DNA from: an uncultured Bacillota bacterium
GTDB lineage: Bacteria; Bacillota_I; Bacilli_A; RF39; UBA660
Reading direction: 5' to 3'
Length of the DNA: 63,129 bases
NCBI GenBank assembly: GCA_946407495.1
Contig: CAMJOB010000003.1
Span: 1 to 63,129, forward strand
Shown: in pieces, positions 59,834-63,129 of the stretch
How the letters are laid out: every line of letters begins with the position of its first letter
Position numbering within the stretch: position 1 is the stretch's first letter
Translations under genes and position numbers: made by a program
The notes under the pieces: model-generated
Told to the model about the DNA's origin: nothing
Database searches by the model: none
The model's input: only the letters and a program-made list of their open reading frames with translations

Positions 59834-60745
59834 TTAATAAACCATTGTGTGTAGAATACGATCTGTATTTTTAAAGTTTTCTTTTGCTATTTCTTTTAAT
59901 TTGTCTCTACCATATTTTTCTACAACTTCTTCACCAATAGTATCAACATCTTTACCAGCACCTTTTGGTAGAGGAATGTGGATTGAATCACAGATCTTAT
60001 CAAATTCTTTCAAGAAGATATATCTACTAATAATAGATCCACAAGCAACAGCTAGATTCTTATCTTCGGCTTTAGTCATAAAAGTTATTCCTCTTTGAAT
60101 TTCTGGAATGCCTCTTAGATATTCATAATATCTTGCTTCTCTTGCAAATTCATCAATAATTATATAATCAACTTTAGGCTTTTCTTCTTGCATTAATTGA
60201 TATAGAACTTTATTATGCATAATTGATTTAATTTTATTCATATTTAGTTCTTTAGTATATTTTTCATTATATTCTTTATTACTTAGAATAATACTTCTAT
60301 ATTTTATTTTCTTAGCAATTTCTGGAGCAATTTTCTTTATTTTTTCATCATCAATCTTTTTAGAATCTTGTACTCCTAAACTTTCTAGGAATGGAATATC
60401 ATCTTTTGTAACGTATGTAGCAGTAACTACGATAGGTCCGAAATAATCTCCAGTACCAACTTCATCGCTACCTACAGAATTACAATTATAATATTTTTCT
60501 GCTTTCTTTTTATTTTCTTCTTGTTTTTCTTTTGTGTTTTCTAAAGCGACTCCCCACATAGCTGCATCTACATCAGCACTAGTTCCTTGGAACATACATT
60601 TTCCAGATTCATATAAAGTGATTACTGTATCTTCTTCTTGTGCTTGAAATACAACGTATGGAATTACTTTATCACGTTTTTTATCTTTGTAGTATTCAAT
60701 CATTTTTTCTTTAATTTCATCGTTAACTTTGATTACAACATTCAT
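59834..60745 (-). CDS. rnhC: ribonuclease HIII
   Basis: N-terminal TBP-like domain, then catalytic GSDEVGTGDYFGP and IIDEF. Start at the ATG after GAGGTGA. Confidence 0.87.
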   Translation of the reverse strand: MNVVIKVNDEIKEKMIEYYKDKKRDKVIPYVVFQAQEEDTVITLYESGKCMFQGTSADVDAAMWGVALENTKEKQEENKKKAEKYYNCNSVGSDEVGTGDYFGPIVVTATYVTKDDIPFLESLGVQDSKKIDDEKIKKIAPEIAKKIKYRSIILSNKEYNEKYTKELNMNKIKSIMHNKVLYQLMQEEKPKVDYIIIDEFAREARYYEYLRGIPEIQRGITFMTKAEDKNLAVACGSIISRYIFLKEFDKICDSIHIPLPKGAGKDVDTIGEEVVEKYGRDKLKEIAKENFKNTDRILHTMVY

Positions 60746-60828
60746 GTGGTTCACCTCGAACTTATTATAGCATATTTTATGGTATATTTTTTAAAAATAG
60801 TTTATAATTAAAGAAGGTAGGTGGAAGT

Positions 60829-61545
60829 ATGAACGTTTTTGATATTACAATTATTATTTTCATATTATTATTTGGTGTAGAAGGATTTAAAAATGGTGTT
60901 ATAAAGACTGGTGTTTCATTTATTGGAATGCTTATAGTATTTTTTATTAGTTATACATTTAAAGGTTTAGTTGGAGATCTGTTATGTAAGTGGTTCCCTT
61001 TCTTTACTTTTGGAGGAAGCTTAAAAGGACTAATATCAATAAACATTTTAATGTATGAATTAGCAGGATTCTTTGTATTATTCTGTATACTTAGTGGTTT
61101 ATTTCATATTGTTTTTTCTACTAGTAGATTTTTACAAAAGATTGTTAATGCGACTATTATATTAGTTCCTATATCTGCTTTAGGTGGATTTGTAATTGGA
61201 TTAATTAGAGGTTTTGTTGTTACATTATTAATACTTTTAGCTTTACTAATTCCATGTCATCAATTTGATATGTTTATGGATAGTCAAGTTGCGAATACTA
61301 TTTTATATAAGATACCAGTATTATCTGATTATGTAAGTGATATTTCTAAATCATTAGTTGAAGTTACTGATTTAGTTAGTGATATTCATGATAAGAAGCT
61401 AACTAAGAATGAAGCAAATTTACAATTAATAGATACTATGATAAAATATGATGTAGTCGATGTTGAGACTGTTAAAGAAATTGAAAAGGCTGAAAAGCTA
61501 GAAGATATTGAAGGTATTCACGAATACTTAGAAAATTATAAATAG
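60829..61545 (+). CDS. cvpA: CvpA-family membrane protein with soluble C-terminal extension
   Basis: Four TM helices. Position next to rnhC matches the B. subtilis rnhC-zapA-yshB neighbourhood. Confidence 0.65.
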   Translation: MNVFDITIIIFILLFGVEGFKNGVIKTGVSFIGMLIVFFISYTFKGLVGDLLCKWFPFFTFGGSLKGLISINILMYELAGFFVLFCILSGLFHIVFSTSRFLQKIVNATIILVPISALGGFVIGLIRGFVVTLLILLALLIPCHQFDMFMDSQVANTILYKIPVLSDYVSDISKSLVEVTDLVSDIHDKKLTKNEANLQLIDTMIKYDVVDVETVKEIEKAEKLEDIEGIHEYLENYK

Positions 61546-61554
61546 GAGGGACAT

Positions 61555-61854
61555 ATGAAACATTTAGAAGAAGGAAAAGATTTTGATTCTATTATTGGTA
61601 AGGGTAGAGTTGTTGTAGACTTTTATGCTGATTGGTGTGGTCCTTGTAAGATGTTAGGACCTGTAATTGAGGCTGTTAGTAAAGAACATGATGATATTAC
61701 TTTTTTAAAAGTAAATGTAGATGACTTTGGAGAAATAGCTATGAGATTTGGTATTATGTCCATTCCTTGTGTTAAAGTTTTTGAGAATGGAAATGAAATT
61801 AAATCTAATGTAGGGTTCATGGATAAGAATCAATTTGAAGACTTTATAAAATAA
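61555..61854 (+). CDS. trxA: thioredoxin
   Basis: DFYADWCGPCK active site. Confidence 0.93.
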   Translation: MKHLEEGKDFDSIIGKGRVVVDFYADWCGPCKMLGPVIEAVSKEHDDITFLKVNVDDFGEIAMRFGIMSIPCVKVFENGNEIKSNVGFMDKNQFEDFIK

Positions 61855-61916
61855 GTCTTTTTTTTTTCTTAAAAAATTGTTATGATAATTACGTGGCATA
61901 ATAGGGAGGTAGATCT

Positions 61917-63129
61917 ATGAAATATGTATATTTATTCAGTGAAGGTAATGCAAATATGCGCGAACTTCTTGGAGGTAAAGGCGCAAATTTAGCAGAAATG
62001 ACTAATATAGGGTTACCTGTACCACAAGGTTTCACTATTACTACTGAGGCATGTACTCAATATTATGAAGATGGAAGAGAAATCAATGATGAAATCCAAA
62101 AACAAATTAATGAGTACATTAAGAAAATGGAAAAGATTACAGGAAAGAAATTTGGAGATAAAGAAAATCCATTATTAGTTTCTGTAAGAAGTGGAGCAAG
62201 AGCTTCAATGCCAGGTATGATGGATACAATCTTAAATCTTGGTTTAAACGAAGATGTTGTTGAAGTTATTGCTAAGAAGAGTAACAATCCAAGATGGGCT
62301 TGGGATTGTTATAGAAGATTCATTCAAATGTATTCTGACGTAGTTATGGAAGTAGGTAAGAAATACTTTGAAGAATTAATCGATGCCATGAAAGCTAAAA
62401 AGGGTGTTAAACAAGACGTTGAATTAACTGCTGAGGATTTAAAAGAATTAGCTGGTCAATTCAAGGCTGAGTATAAGAAGAAAATAAAGAAAGATTTCCC
62501 AAGTGATCCAAAAGAACAATTAATGGGAGCAATCAAAGCAGTATTTAGAAGTTGGGATAACCCACGTGCTAACGTATATCGTCGTGATAACGATATTCCT
62601 TATTCTTGGGGAACTGCTGTTAATGTTCAATCAATGGCTTTTGGTAATATGGGTGATGATTGTGGAACTGGTGTTGCTTTCACAAGAGATCCTGCTACTG
62701 GAGAAAAAGGTCTATTTGGTGAATTCTTAACAAATGCACAAGGTGAAGACGTTGTTGCAGGAGTTCGTACTCCAATGAAGATTGCTGAAATGGAACAAAA
62801 ATTCCCAGAAGCATTCAAACAATTTAAAGAAGTTTGCAAGACTCTAGAAAAACATTATAGAGATATGCAAGATATGGAATTTACTGTTGAACATGGAAAA
62901 CTATACATGTTACAAACACGTAATGGTAAGAGAACTGCTAAAGCTGCATTAAAGATTGCATGTGATTTAGTAGATGAAGGAATGAGAACTGAAGAAGAAG
63001 CTGTTTCTATGATTGATCCTAGAAACTTAGATACTTTACTTCACCCTCAATTTGATACAAAAGCATTAAAGGCTGCAAAACCAATTGGTAAAGGTTTAGG
63101 AGCATCTCCTGGAGCTGCTTGTGGTCAAA
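61917..63129 (+). CDS. ppdK: pyruvate, phosphate dikinase (5' partial; runs off the window)
   Basis: Own translation from the ATG at 61917 after GGGAGG gives MKYVYLFSEGNANMRELLGGKGANLAEMTNIGLPVPQGFTITTEAC. The frame stays open to the window end. It is absent from the ORF track because there is no stop codon. Confidence 0.93.
   Translation, partial: MKYVYLFSEGNANMRELLGGKGANLAEMTNIGLPVPQGFTITTEACTQYYEDGREINDEIQKQINEYIKKMEKITGKKFGDKENPLLVSVRSGARASMPGMMDTILNLGLNEDVVEVIAKKSNNPRWAWDCYRRFIQMYSDVVMEVGKKYFEELIDAMKAKKGVKQDVELTAEDLKELAGQFKAEYKKKIKKDFPSDPKEQLMGAIKAVFRSWDNPRANVYRRDNDIPYSWGTAVNVQSMAFGNMGDDCGTGVAFTRDPATGEKGLFGEFLTNAQGEDVVAGVRTPMKIAEMEQKFPEAFKQFKEVCKTLEKHYRDMQDMEFTVEHGKLYMLQTRNGKRTAKAALKIACDLVDEGMRTEEEAVSMIDPRNLDTLLHPQFDTKALKAAKPIGKGLGASPGAACGQ

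Overview
AT-rich (about 30% GC by eye) chromosomal segment from a low-GC Gram-positive bacterium (Bacillota). No finer taxonomic placement is possible from the sequence alone. It is almost entirely core housekeeping DNA, mostly on the + strand. In order it carries: gmk-tmcAL; a partial dcw cluster (murG-murB-divIB ... ftsA-ftsZ) interrupted by two convergent polytopic membrane proteins; pyrH; rplU-prp-rpmA-obg; yebC; an acyl-CoA ligase; ruvAB-queA-tgt; an isolated pilC/pilD-like pair; a dnaB-like replication protein; a CBS-type pyrophosphatase; a phosphomutase; helD; a two-component system and a flippase; mtaB-recD2; parE-parC; a ylbD-ylbE-ylbF-rsmD block; the hrcA-grpE-dnaK-dnaJ operon with two CIRCE operators; thyA-folA; rnhC; cvpA; trxA; and the 5' part of ppdK. 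I found no rRNA, tRNA, CRISPR array, transposase, integrase or prophage module, and no recognisable defence island. The best candidates for something undescribed are: (1) a 635-aa protein (50632-52539) with a pseudopilin-like N-terminus, an ALK-type glycine-rich domain and a ricin-type lectin, sitting where B. subtilis-type synteny predicts coaD; (2) four uncharacterised genes after obg, including an Hpt-receiver fusion; (3) the membrane-protein pair inside the dcw cluster; (4) a membrane-anchored acidic tandem-repeat protein. All family calls rest on motifs read by eye. No database search was run.
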